The notes beneath the pieces were generated by a model. That model searched no databases. It saw only the letters and a list, made by a program, of their open reading frames with translations, and was not told the DNA's origin. A stretch of 64,000 bases of DNA from Nitrospirota bacterium. Its GTDB lineage: Bacteria; Nitrospirota; Nitrospiria; 2-01-FULL-66-17. The position numbers and the translations under genes were made by a program. Location: positions 80,262 to 144,261 of the forward strand of contig JBMOMC010000043.1 of the NCBI GenBank assembly GCA_049325335.1, written 5' to 3'. Below are positions 28,657 through 37,552 of the stretch, piece after piece (within the stretch, counting starts at the first letter, position 1; every line of letters starts with the position of its first letter).

Positions 28657-29014
28657 AACCCCTGAGGCGGAATCATCCCTCTTTGCGGAGATGCGAAGGC
28701 TCAGCCCGAAGGTCACGGGAGGCATCCTGCGGGCGCGGGAGGCCTCCTATGAAGACGGAGCCGTGGCCGGCAAGTACAAGCTGCTGACCGCGCTGGCCAT
28801 CTCGATCGCCATCCGGTGCGAGCCCTGTATCCGGGCCTACGTGAAATCGGCCGTGCAACGAGGGGCGACGAAAGACGAACTGATCGAATTTTTGAACGTC
28901 GCGATGACCATGCAGGGCTGCCCCGGCGAAGAGTGGGCGATCAAGGCGTATGCGGCCTACAAAGAGCTGACCGCGGGCAACGCCCACACGACCGACGGGA
29001 CGTCCTGCTGTTGA
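28640..29014 (+). CDS. Carboxymuconolactone decarboxylase/AhpD family protein with CxxC and terminal Cys-Cys
   Basis: KYK.L.ALAISIAIRCEPCI…GAT..E..E…A..MQGCP; ends DGTSCC. Confidence 0.85.
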   Translation: MSKIAETPEAESSLFAEMRRLSPKVTGGILRAREASYEDGAVAGKYKLLTALAISIAIRCEPCIRAYVKSAVQRGATKDELIEFLNVAMTMQGCPGEEWAIKAYAAYKELTAGNAHTTDGTSCC

Positions 29015-29056
29015 GGTGACCCCAGGACCCGATAGCGGACCCGATAGGGAGCCGAT

Positions 29057-30140
29057 AGGGGACGTTCCTAAGTAATTAAGTAATTTTTTCTTTACACGGT
29101 CTTGGTGAACATGTTATAGCGTCGGCCATGCCACGCGGGCCGCGTCTCGATGCTCCGGGAGTGGTGCACCATGTGATGGCGCGGGGCATTGAGCAAGGCA
29201 ACATTTTCCGGAGCGACGAGGATCGCAGTGATTTTGTCCGGCGACTGGCCCGTCTGCTGCCGGACACTCAGACCACGTGTTTGGCGTGGTGCCTCCTCTC
29301 CAACCATCTCCATTTAGTCCTGCGCTCAGGACCCCAGGGCTTGGCGCACCTGATGCGCCGGCTATTGACTGGGTACGCGGGCGCGTTTAATCGCCGCTAC
29401 GGCCGCGCGGGACATCTCTTTCAGAACCGCTATCGCTCCCTTATCTGCGAGGAAGATCTCTACCTGCTGGTATTGGTGCGGTATGTCCATTTGAATCCCA
29501 TACGCGCAGGCCTTGTGCTGAGCGTCAAGGCATTGGCCGACTACCCGTGGTGCGGGCACGGCGCGTTGGTGGGAAGAGGCCGTCACGCGTGGCAGGAGAC
29601 TGCGGAGGTTCTGGAGCGATTTGGTCAGGAGGCTGAGCAGGCGGGTCGGGCCTATGTCAGCTTTGTCGCGGAGGGGTTGGAGCAGGAGCAAACCCCGGAA
29701 CGGCGCACTGGAGCGAGCGGCCGAGAACTTACGCGCGTGATCAAGGAAGCGACAGCTCGCTCGACTGATGGGGTGGGCTCAACGACGATCTTGGGAAGTC
29801 CAGAGTTTACGGTGAACCTCCGTTCACAGCTAAAACAGGCCACTAGGCGAGAGTCGGTCGACTGTCAGACCGTGGTGGACGAGGTGTGCCGCGTGTTAGG
29901 GCTCTCGCCGAAGGCTCTGGCATCGCGGCGCCGCACGCGGCCGCTCTCCAATGGACGCGCCGTGGTTGCGTACGTGGCACGCACGCGGTATCACATCTCG
30001 TGCGCAGACCTTGCCGACGCACTGGGCACGAGCGCGCCCGCCATCACATTGGCCGAGCGTCGAGGCGCCAGACTGGTGATGCAACGGATAGACTTGAGAA
30101 CAGGTCTCAAAAATTACTTAATTAGTTAGGAACGTCCCCT
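29057..30140 (+). mobile_element. Y1/HUH transposase-like element bounded by a 32-bp inverted repeat
   Basis: Left AGGGGACGTTCCTAAGTAATTAAGTAATTTTT (29057-29088) and right reverse complement (30109-30140) differ by 1 mismatch. Confidence 0.8.
29128..30129 (+). CDS. Y1 (IS200/RAYT-like) HUH transposase with C-terminal DnaA-like HTH
   Basis: HHVMARG, NHLHL (HUH), GHLFQNRYRS, RYVHLNP, YPW; C-terminal R…S.GR.V.AY…A..LG pattern. Confidence 0.9.
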   Translation: MPRGPRLDAPGVVHHVMARGIEQGNIFRSDEDRSDFVRRLARLLPDTQTTCLAWCLLSNHLHLVLRSGPQGLAHLMRRLLTGYAGAFNRRYGRAGHLFQNRYRSLICEEDLYLLVLVRYVHLNPIRAGLVLSVKALADYPWCGHGALVGRGRHAWQETAEVLERFGQEAEQAGRAYVSFVAEGLEQEQTPERRTGASGRELTRVIKEATARSTDGVGSTTILGSPEFTVNLRSQLKQATRRESVDCQTVVDEVCRVLGLSPKALASRRRTRPLSNGRAVVAYVARTRYHISCADLADALGTSAPAITLAERRGARLVMQRIDLRTGLKNYLIS

Positions 30141-30170
30141 TTGTGTGTGTGGGGGGGGCAGGGGGTTGTA

Positions 30171-30674
30171 GTGTCCAAGGTTGGGTTCGACAGCCCTTTA
30201 CTTGATAAGACGTACGCCGCGTTCCTTGGCGGTCCGGTGGCGATCAATGTGGCGTCGTGCGACGCGAAGTGTATGCCATCGGTCGCTCGCGGGTATGGTT
30301 GCCGGATCTCCAGTGACCGGCGGCGCGTCACGGTCTTTCTCTCGGTGTCTCAGGCCTCGCCGTTGCTGCGTGATCTGCGTGCGGGTCGACCGGTTGCGGT
30401 TGTGTTCACTCGGCCCAAGACGCACCAGACTATTCAACTCAAAGGCACCGACGCCAAGGTCGCGCCGCTGGGCCGTGGGGATCGCGCGATCATGACCGCG
30501 TATGCCGAGGCGTTCGCGGTAGAAGTCGGCGCGCTTGGGTTCACGGACTGCTTTTCGTCTGCGATCGTGTCCGGTACAAGCGAAGCGGCGGTGGGGGTGA
30601 CGTTTACCCCCACCGCCGCGTTCGTGCAGACCCCGGGGCCGACCGCGGGTCAGCGTTTGGAGCCCAAGCCGTGA
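30171..30674 (+). CDS. Pyridoxamine 5'-phosphate oxidase-like (split-barrel) protein
   Basis: VAS.D…P.VARG.G, AVVFT.P.TH.TIQLKG, QTPGP.AG. Confidence 0.7.
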   Translation: MSKVGFDSPLLDKTYAAFLGGPVAINVASCDAKCMPSVARGYGCRISSDRRRVTVFLSVSQASPLLRDLRAGRPVAVVFTRPKTHQTIQLKGTDAKVAPLGRGDRAIMTAYAEAFAVEVGALGFTDCFSSAIVSGTSEAAVGVTFTPTAAFVQTPGPTAGQRLEPKP

Positions 30675-32014
30675 TCGCGCGGTTGGGGGATCTGCGCAAC
30701 TGCTTTGAGGGCGCGGTGCCGTCGGCGTTCGCCACGTGTTCCAAGGATGGCACGCCGAACGTGGCGTATCTGTCGCAGGTGCATTATGTGGACGGCGACC
30801 ACGTGGCGTTGACGTATCAGTTTTTCAACACCACACGCAAGAACATCTTGGCCAACCGGCGCGCGACCGTGCAGGTGGTGGACCCGGACACGGCCGCCCA
30901 CTACCGCCTGCACCTCGAGTACTTGCGCACCGAAACCGAGGGGCCGTTGTTCGAGAACATGAAGGCCAAGCTCGCCGGCATTGCCTCGCACACCGGCATG
31001 AGCAAGGTGTTCCGGTTGCTTGGTTCGGACATCTACAAGGTGCTGAAGATCGACCACGTGTTTGGCGAACCCGCACTCGATGCCTCGCGGAGCCAATGTC
31101 TGCTCTCGTCCCTTCGGACCTGTCTGACGGAGGTGGGCCGGTGCGGGGACCTGGCGCGGCTGTTCGACGAGGCGCTGGAAGCGCTCGAACGGAATTTCGA
31201 CATTCGGCACGTGATGCTGCTTATACATGACGAGCGCCGGAACCGGCTGTATACCGTGGCCACGCGCGGTTATCAGCAATCAGGCGTGGGATCGGAGATT
31301 TGCGTGGGCGAAGGCATTATCGGCGTGGCCGCGCGCGAGCGCACGCCGATCCGCATCGGGTATGTGGCGAACGAATACCTGTACGGCCGCGTGGCGCGCG
31401 AGGGGTTTGCCCAGAGTGGCGGGGTGGATGCGCTTGAAACCGAAATTCCCTTCCCCGGTTTGCGCAATTCGAGCAGTCAACTCGCCGTGCCGTTGACGCG
31501 CGACACGCGTCTGCTGGGTGTGCTCTACATGGAAAGCCCGCAGGAGCGGCGGTTCACCTATGAGGACGAGGACGCATTGGCGGTGCTGGCAAGCCAATTG
31601 GCCTTGTTGATCGAGGTCTTGTCCGAGGCTCCCGAGCCGCAGGACGAACCCGCGATGGCTGCGACGCCCGCGCCGGTGCAAGGCGCACCGGTGGCGATCC
31701 AGCATTTTGCCGCGGACCACAGCGTGTTCATCGACAATGAATACCTTATTAAAGGCGTTGCCGGTGCGATCCTGCGTAAACTGGTGGGTGACTACGTTGA
31801 AGCCGGCAGAACCGAGTTCACCAACCGCGAGCTGCGGCTCGATTGCACGCTGGGGCTGCCGGACATCACGGACAATCTGGAGGCCCGGCTGATTCTCCTA
31901 CAACGTCGGCTGGCCGAGCATTGCAAGTTCCTGGGTCTTGAAAAGACCGGGCGCGGCCGCTTCCGCCTGAACGTGTCACGGCCCCTGCGGCTCACGGACG
32001 CGCCCGGTCGCTGA
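30671..32014 (+). CDS. PNPOx-like + GAF + putative winged-helix regulator
   Basis: ATCS.DG.PNV.YLSQV…QFFN.TR.NI; GAF (GEGIIG…LAVPL…LGVLY.ES); C-terminal NLEARL.LL.RRL…GRGRF. Confidence 0.78.
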   Translation: MIARLGDLRNCFEGAVPSAFATCSKDGTPNVAYLSQVHYVDGDHVALTYQFFNTTRKNILANRRATVQVVDPDTAAHYRLHLEYLRTETEGPLFENMKAKLAGIASHTGMSKVFRLLGSDIYKVLKIDHVFGEPALDASRSQCLLSSLRTCLTEVGRCGDLARLFDEALEALERNFDIRHVMLLIHDERRNRLYTVATRGYQQSGVGSEICVGEGIIGVAARERTPIRIGYVANEYLYGRVAREGFAQSGGVDALETEIPFPGLRNSSSQLAVPLTRDTRLLGVLYMESPQERRFTYEDEDALAVLASQLALLIEVLSEAPEPQDEPAMAATPAPVQGAPVAIQHFAADHSVFIDNEYLIKGVAGAILRKLVGDYVEAGRTEFTNRELRLDCTLGLPDITDNLEARLILLQRRLAEHCKFLGLEKTGRGRFRLNVSRPLRLTDAPGR

Positions 32015-32031
32015 TCAGCGGTTCGGCGCGA

Positions 32032-32538
32032 TTACCTTCCCGCCTGCTTAGGCAGGTTTTTGGGAAAGAATTCGATATACGGCGTCGTGACGGCCACGCC
32101 TGGTCCCACCGCGTCGGGCGCCGGCTCCCCCTTCGGGCCAAGCGAGCGAATGAAACTGTAGACAGCGATCAGATCGCTGTCGGTCATGTCTCGGAGATTG
32201 AACCAGGGCATGGGCGGACCCATGGGTTTGCGGACCCGCGCGAGCCACTGCTCCTCGGAGATGTTCTGCATATAGAGTCGCAGATTCTTGGGATAATTCG
32301 TGCCCCACGGTCCCTGAAACCCGATCGGGTTGCCGGTGAGCCACCGCTCCTGCGGGATCATGCCGGCCGCCTCGGGGAAGCCGGGGGTGTGGCAGTCGTT
32401 GCATCCCCCGATCCAAACAAGGTACCGGCCGCGGTCAAGGACCGCTTGGTCCACCGCCGCCGGCGCCCCGGCCAAAGCGTTGTAGGTTAGGAATGCGATG
32501 GCTGACAAAACAATGGAACTGATGAGACGGATCTTCAT
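32032..32538 (-). CDS. Periplasmic monoheme cytochrome c
   Basis: Signal peptide; RGRYL…GCNDCHTPG, GPWG..Y..NL, PMPW, DL.AVY.FI.SL. Confidence 0.9.
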   Translation of the reverse strand: MKIRLISSIVLSAIAFLTYNALAGAPAAVDQAVLDRGRYLVWIGGCNDCHTPGFPEAAGMIPQERWLTGNPIGFQGPWGTNYPKNLRLYMQNISEEQWLARVRKPMGPPMPWFNLRDMTDSDLIAVYSFIRSLGPKGEPAPDAVGPGVAVTTPYIEFFPKNLPKQAGR

Positions 32539-32608
32539 GGTGTGTCCTCCTTCGGTTGAGGGTTAGCCTTCATGCAGGGCCTAGCATACGCCGCTTGCCG
32601 AGGACGCG

Positions 32609-32643
32609 TTCTTAAATGATGCCTAGGAAATTCTTAAGAATTT
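32609..32643. promoter_or_regulatory. Palindromic operator candidate between divergent genes
   Basis: Perfect AAATTCTTAAGAATTT (32628-32643) plus a second TTCTTAA 22 bp earlier. Confidence 0.55.
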
Positions 32644-32791
32644 CGTAAACGGCAGGAATCTGGCGGAGATGGAGCAAAAATCAGTGACAACCGATATGAT
32701 CCGATCACACTGGAACCACGTGTTGGATTCGCCTTGGCACAGAGGTACTCGAAGTTTCGGATGATCAGGCGACTGAACGAGGTGAGGAGCG

Positions 32792-33256
32792 ATGGACACT
32801 GATGTCTCGCGACGCGGCCATGAAGTCACCCGCTGGAGCGGACAGCCGGCGTGGAGCCAGTATGTGTTTCTCTGGTTCATCACGGTGGTGTTTGGTGTTC
32901 GGGCCGGTCTGTCGGTGTGGTGGGGGCAGTGGGGGATCGTGGCGATCCACGTGGCGGGCATGGCCGTGTTCGTGGGCCTGGCGCAGTTCTTTCGGCGTAC
33001 GACACGATACACACTCACCCAAGAGGCGATCTACCGGACGACCGGTATAGTCGGTCGAACGCAAGCGCGGTTGCCGTTGTCCGAGGTGGAGTCGGTGAGC
33101 GTGGGACAGAGTCGGTTGGACCAACTGCTCGGCATCGGCACGGTGTTGCTTCACCGCGAGAACGGGACTTCCGAGCGCCTCGATGGTCTTCGCGATCCCG
33201 AGGTGATCCAGCGCAAGGTCGATGCGCTGCTCAAGAGCCCGCGGGCGCGCTCTTGA
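32792..33256 (+). CDS. Bacterial PH-domain (bPH_2) membrane protein
   Basis: 2 TM segments, then YTLT…TGIV.R…V.V.QS.L..LLGIGTV. Confidence 0.8.
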   Translation: MDTDVSRRGHEVTRWSGQPAWSQYVFLWFITVVFGVRAGLSVWWGQWGIVAIHVAGMAVFVGLAQFFRRTTRYTLTQEAIYRTTGIVGRTQARLPLSEVESVSVGQSRLDQLLGIGTVLLHRENGTSERLDGLRDPEVIQRKVDALLKSPRARS

Positions 33257-33282
33257 GAACAGGTGGTCGTCGCATCGGCCGC

Positions 33283-34224
33283 TTAAAACGCGACCGCTCC
33301 GAGGATGCCGCCGCCGGCTGCGTGGTGTTTGCTCTGGCGTGAATACGTGACGGAGTGCGCGGAGACCGCGATCCCCCAACGGGCTGCGGTGTACCGCACG
33401 CCGGCGATGAGCGTGATGGAGTCGTCATACGTGGGCGCGCGGTCGCCGCGAAAGTAGGTTCCCGCCGCTTCCAGGGTCACGGCGTACCGGCCGTCCGCGC
33501 CGCGTCCGAACAGGCCGGTATCGCGATCAAACAACCCGCCCATCTCTTTCGGCAGCAACACGTGAGCGCCGACGGCGTACAACAGGATTTCATCTCGTTC
33601 CACCCGCAATTGATCCTTGAGCAATGCGCCGAGGTTCCCGGTGACGGTGACGGCCTCGGCCCAGGGTGAGCGTAGGGCTCTGGTGGATTGCAGCGCGACC
33701 GCGAATCGATACGCATCGTGCGTGACGGTGTTCACCGAGCGATCTCGGGCCGCGGTAGCGGCCACGTAGGATGCGGATACGGCCACGGCGGGCCGTTGCG
33801 GGCCCGCGTTCCACACGCGCTGTTTGAGCGAGAGGCCGAGATCGCCGCGTCCGCCGGTCCCGCCGCGGTCTTCCGGCGTGAGTTGGACGTAGGGCGCCAT
33901 GACCGCGATCTCGGCGTCGCGGGCCAATCCGAGGGCCAGGGTTCCGCGCGCGAGTCTGGCGGTGCCGCTGTCCGCGCCTGGTTCATCCAGGCCGTCGAGG
34001 GGATTGCCGCTGCCGCCGTTTGTGCTCATCACGTGGAGCCCGATCCGCCGCGCGCCATGGGCGAGGACGTCGGTTGCCTCGGTCAGCGTGGCGCCGGTCA
34101 ACCCCCACACCGTGGAGGAGCACATGCACGGCGTCTGCGCCGCACGTGCGGGCGCGGGCATCGCGACGCTCGCGACGATCAGCGCGATGAGCCAGGAGCG
34201 TTGAGAGAACATGACACCCGACAT
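33283..34224 (-). CDS. Putative outer-membrane beta-barrel (transporter-like)
   Basis: Signal peptide APARA-A; LGL…E…PYV, G.GDLGL.LK.R strands; terminal Phe. Confidence 0.55.
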   Translation of the reverse strand: MSGVMFSQRSWLIALIVASVAMPAPARAAQTPCMCSSTVWGLTGATLTEATDVLAHGARRIGLHVMSTNGGSGNPLDGLDEPGADSGTARLARGTLALGLARDAEIAVMAPYVQLTPEDRGGTGGRGDLGLSLKQRVWNAGPQRPAVAVSASYVAATAARDRSVNTVTHDAYRFAVALQSTRALRSPWAEAVTVTGNLGALLKDQLRVERDEILLYAVGAHVLLPKEMGGLFDRDTGLFGRGADGRYAVTLEAAGTYFRGDRAPTYDDSITLIAGVRYTAARWGIAVSAHSVTYSRQSKHHAAGGGILGAVAF

Positions 34225-34451
34225 GCCGATGCGGTCATCGAATGAGCCCGAACACCTTGATGGCGATGCGTTCGTTAAGCGTACCGTCTTTGCGATGATG
34301 CGCAAGCCGGAGGAGCGCTCTGACCGGCGGCGCATGGGTCGGTTGCGGATCACGAACCGTCGCGGCCGGCTTTACTCGCGCGGGGACGCCGTGTTAGCCT
34401 CGCGCGAAACGGCACGGTTCGAGCACGGTCTGTCCACCCCGAGGACTGGTG

Positions 34452-35156
34452 ATGACCAAAACCGGTAATCATCGGCGCACGTGCGCCATTTGCGGCAAGA
34501 CGTTCCCGCCGCGCGACGTGGTCAACGGGGCGTTTATTCGCGACGCGGTGGTCGACGAGATTCGGCGCGACCATCCCGGGTGGTCTCCCGAGAGCGTCAT
34601 CTGTCGGCCGGATCTGACCATCTACCGTACCAAATACGTGCAGGCCATTCTGGCGTCTGAGAAGGGCGAGGTGACCTCGCTGGAGCAGGAGGTGCTCCAC
34701 AGCCTGCGCGAGCACGACATTCTCGCCACGAACGTGGACATGGAGTTTGAGCGCGAGTGGTCGTTCGGCGAGCGGATGGCGGATCGCATCGCGACCTTCG
34801 GCGGGAGCTGGATGTTCCTGATGTGCTTCGGCCTGTTCGTGGCGCTCTGGATCACGATGAACTCCCTCGTGCTCCTCTGGCGACCTGCTGATCCGTATCC
34901 CTTCATCCTGTTGAACCTGGTGCTGTCGTGTTTGGCCGCGATTCAGGCGCCGATCATCATGATGAGCCAGAATCGGCAAGAGGTGAAGGATCGCCTGCGC
35001 TCGCAGCACGACTACCAGGTCAATCTGAAGGCTGAATTGGAAATTCGGCACTTACACGAAAAGGTCGATCATCTGTTGTCGCACCAATGGGAGCGCCTGG
35101 TGCAGATTCAGGAGATTCAGCTCGAACTGTTGGCGGAACTCGACCGGCGGCGATAA
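34452..35156 (+). CDS. DUF1003 membrane protein
   Basis: GER.AD.IA.FGGSW, DPYPFILLNL.LS.LAAIQAPIIMMSQNRQ, NLKAELEI. Confidence 0.92.
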   Translation: MTKTGNHRRTCAICGKTFPPRDVVNGAFIRDAVVDEIRRDHPGWSPESVICRPDLTIYRTKYVQAILASEKGEVTSLEQEVLHSLREHDILATNVDMEFEREWSFGERMADRIATFGGSWMFLMCFGLFVALWITMNSLVLLWRPADPYPFILLNLVLSCLAAIQAPIIMMSQNRQEVKDRLRSQHDYQVNLKAELEIRHLHEKVDHLLSHQWERLVQIQEIQLELLAELDRRR

Positions 35157-35254
35157 CCAGTAGGCGATCGGGCGGCCGCTGGGGACCATGACCCGTCGTG
35201 CTACCATGCGGCGCGCCGCATTCGGCGATCGGGAAGCATCTCACCGGGGGAGGC

Positions 35255-35744
35255 ATGATGATCACGGAAGTCAGGGGGGGATATCTTGCTCAGCACCGCG
35301 GCGGTGGCCCACGGGGTCGCGCCGAACGACAGCTTTGCCAGCGGGTTGGCGCTCGCGTTGCGCACGCGTTGGCCCGGGATGTACAAGGACTTTCGGCACT
35401 ACTGCCAGGTCTCGTCCCCCAAAACGGGCGCGCTGTGGGTCTGATCCGGGGCCGGGGGCGTTCGAATCGTGAGCCTCTTGACCCAGGATCCGCCGCCCGC
35501 GCATGGTGAGAACCCCGGCAAAGCCCGTCTGGAGTCGGTGAACCATTGTCTCAGAGCGCTTCGCAAGGCGATCGACAGCGAGAAATTGACCAGCCTCGCG
35601 CTCCCGCGGCTGGCCACGGGCGTGGGCGGGTTGGACTGGAAGGACGTGCAGCCGTTGATCGAAAAACACCTAGGCGACGCATTGATTCCGATCTTCGTCT
35701 ACTCCACGTACCAACCCAACGTGAAAGCCCGTGAGGTGGGATGA
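35255..35744 (+). pseudogene. Macro-domain (ADP-ribose processing) protein, disrupted
   Basis: MITEVRGDILL…AHGVAPND.F..GLA…WPGMYKDFRHYC…LALPRLATGVGGL.W can be rebuilt only across an extra G in the G7 run (35274-35280) and an in-frame TGA (35442-35444). Confidence 0.82.
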
Positions 35745-35796
35745 GCGCGACGTAGCCGACTGATGCGGACCCTCCGATCCATACCCCGCCGCCCGC

Positions 35797-36567
35797 ATGT
35801 TTGAGTTCGTCGGCCGCGCGCTCGCGCGTTACCTGACCAAGCCGCATCGCCGTGGGGCGCAGGCCTCCACCAGCCGCCCGGGGGCGCTCGCGAGCGTGAT
35901 TCGTAAGGGAGACGTGCTCTTGGTCGAGGGCAACAGCCGCGTCAGCGTGGCGATTAAATACTTGACGCAATCGAGCTGGTCCCATGCCGCGCTTTGCATC
36001 GGCGACGCGCTCGGGCCTCCGCAGCCTGAGGAGGACGCCAAGATACTGGTGGACGCGGATATGCTTGACGGGGTGCGGGCGATTCCGCTGAGCATGTATG
36101 CGGCATTGAATACCCGCGTGTGCCGGCCGGTGGGGTTGTCGGCGGCGGAGATCGACCGGGTGGTCGCGTTCGCGGTGTCGCGGGTGGGGTATCGCTACGA
36201 CCTGAAGAACGTCTTTGACCTCACGCGGTACGTCCTGCGCACGCCGCCGGTGCCGGCGCGGTTCCGCCGTCGGTTGCTGCGCCTGGGGAGCGGGGACCCC
36301 ACCCGCGCGATCTGCTCGTCGCTGATCGCGCAGGCGTTCGAGTCGGTGCGATATCCGATCCTGCCCGAAGTGGTATTCGAGCGATCAGATGACCCCGCGT
36401 GCGTGGAGTGTTATCGCGAGGTGTTGCACATCCGACACCACAGCCTGTTCGTGCCGAGGGATTTTGACGTGTCTCCGTATTTTCAGATCATCAAGCCGAC
36501 GATCGAACGGGGATTCGATCCGCACGCAGTGACCTGGGAGTTGGCCGAGGACCCGGGCGCGTCGTGA
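35797..36567 (+). CDS. Permuted papain-like NlpC/P60 (YiiX/YebB-like) protein
   Basis: GDVLLVEG, LTQSSWSHAAL, G.RYD, ICSSLIAQAF, PRDFD. Confidence 0.85.
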   Translation: MFEFVGRALARYLTKPHRRGAQASTSRPGALASVIRKGDVLLVEGNSRVSVAIKYLTQSSWSHAALCIGDALGPPQPEEDAKILVDADMLDGVRAIPLSMYAALNTRVCRPVGLSAAEIDRVVAFAVSRVGYRYDLKNVFDLTRYVLRTPPVPARFRRRLLRLGSGDPTRAICSSLIAQAFESVRYPILPEVVFERSDDPACVECYREVLHIRHHSLFVPRDFDVSPYFQIIKPTIERGFDPHAVTWELAEDPGAS

Positions 36568-36579
36568 CAGTCCGCGGGG

Positions 36580-37398
36580 TTAGGGGATGCGGCCGGACTT
36601 GAGGGTTTCGACCGTGAACACCCGGTCGGCCGGACTCGTATTCAGCGCGATGTCGCGCAGCTCCACGATGGTTTTCCCTGAGCCGTCCGCCGGCTGAATT
36701 TCGGTGCGTTTCCACACCCACGCGTCGCCGAGGCGCTCCCAGACGATGCGCTGGGTGCGGGCGAGGCGTCCGTCCGCATGGCGGTACTCGATTTTCCCGA
36801 TCGTCCAATCCGCGGCGGAGATCCAGAAGCGGCGCAGCGGCAGCAGGTCGGCGCTGGCGCTGGAACGGTCTTCGAGGATCACGTGCGGGACCCCGTCCAG
36901 GACCTCTTTCCCGATCAGGGAGCCGGTAACGCCGGTGAGCCGGGTTCCGAGTTGTTCGAACCCCAGGTTCAGGTCCGCGGTCGAATCAGGGCCATGCGCG
37001 TGTTCGTCATGTCCGGCGACCGCCACCCGGCGGACCTGGCGTAAGTCGGGCAAGTACAACCATGCCTGCGACTCGTTGGCGCGCGCGGCCTGCCACAACA
37101 AGAAGCCTTCTCCACGTTTTTCCACCGGAGAAAGGGACACCAGCAGGGTTTTCCCGAGCAGCCCGTTGTTGCCGACGAGGTTTTTCCAGTACAGCCGGTG
37201 CGTGCTCACGCGTTCCTCGCCGGACGCGGCGATGCGCCGGATCTCCACCAGCGCGGTTTGATCCCGCACCGCGTCATCTTGCGCCATGACGCGCGCGACA
37301 ATGTCTTCCACAATGACGTCGCCGGCTGCCGCCTGAGGAGGCGGTCCGATCGTCACGAGTGCGGCGACGAGCAAGGCGACACGTATGGGTAGTTTCAA
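36580..37398 (-). CDS. LolA-like outer-membrane lipoprotein-sorting protein
   Basis: SP…G.GFL, QAWLYLPDLRQVRRVA, KIEY…G.L.R motifs; signal peptide; start uncertain. Confidence 0.75.
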   Translation of the reverse strand: MKLPIRVALLVAALVTIGPPPQAAAGDVIVEDIVARVMAQDDAVRDQTALVEIRRIAASGEERVSTHRLYWKNLVGNNGLLGKTLLVSLSPVEKRGEGFLLWQAARANESQAWLYLPDLRQVRRVAVAGHDEHAHGPDSTADLNLGFEQLGTRLTGVTGSLIGKEVLDGVPHVILEDRSSASADLLPLRRFWISAADWTIGKIEYRHADGRLARTQRIVWERLGDAWVWKRTEIQPADGSGKTIVELRDIALNTSPADRVFTVETLKSGRIP

Positions 37399-37552
37399 CG
37401 GATTCCCTCGCGCAAAGGCCAGTGGGCGCCGCGCGACCACGGCGGCTGCGACGCGCCGTCCCGGAGGCCATCCGAACAGCACGGTCAAACGGGAGCCAGT
37501 GTAGGACGCTTGGGCCGTGGAGCGCAAGCCGTCGCGCGGGGATCGGCGGAGG

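Noticed and set aside
32734..32749. Sigma-54-like TGGCAC upstream of the PH-domain gene
   Set aside because: The -12 element lacks the conserved GC
35442..35444. In-frame TGA as selenocysteine or recoded Trp
   Set aside because: Position looks like Trp rather than Cys; the gene also has a frameshift; TGA is a normal stop in many genes here
26523..36567. Integrative element or prophage covering the accessory region
   Set aside because: No integrase, tRNA target or flanking direct repeats were found
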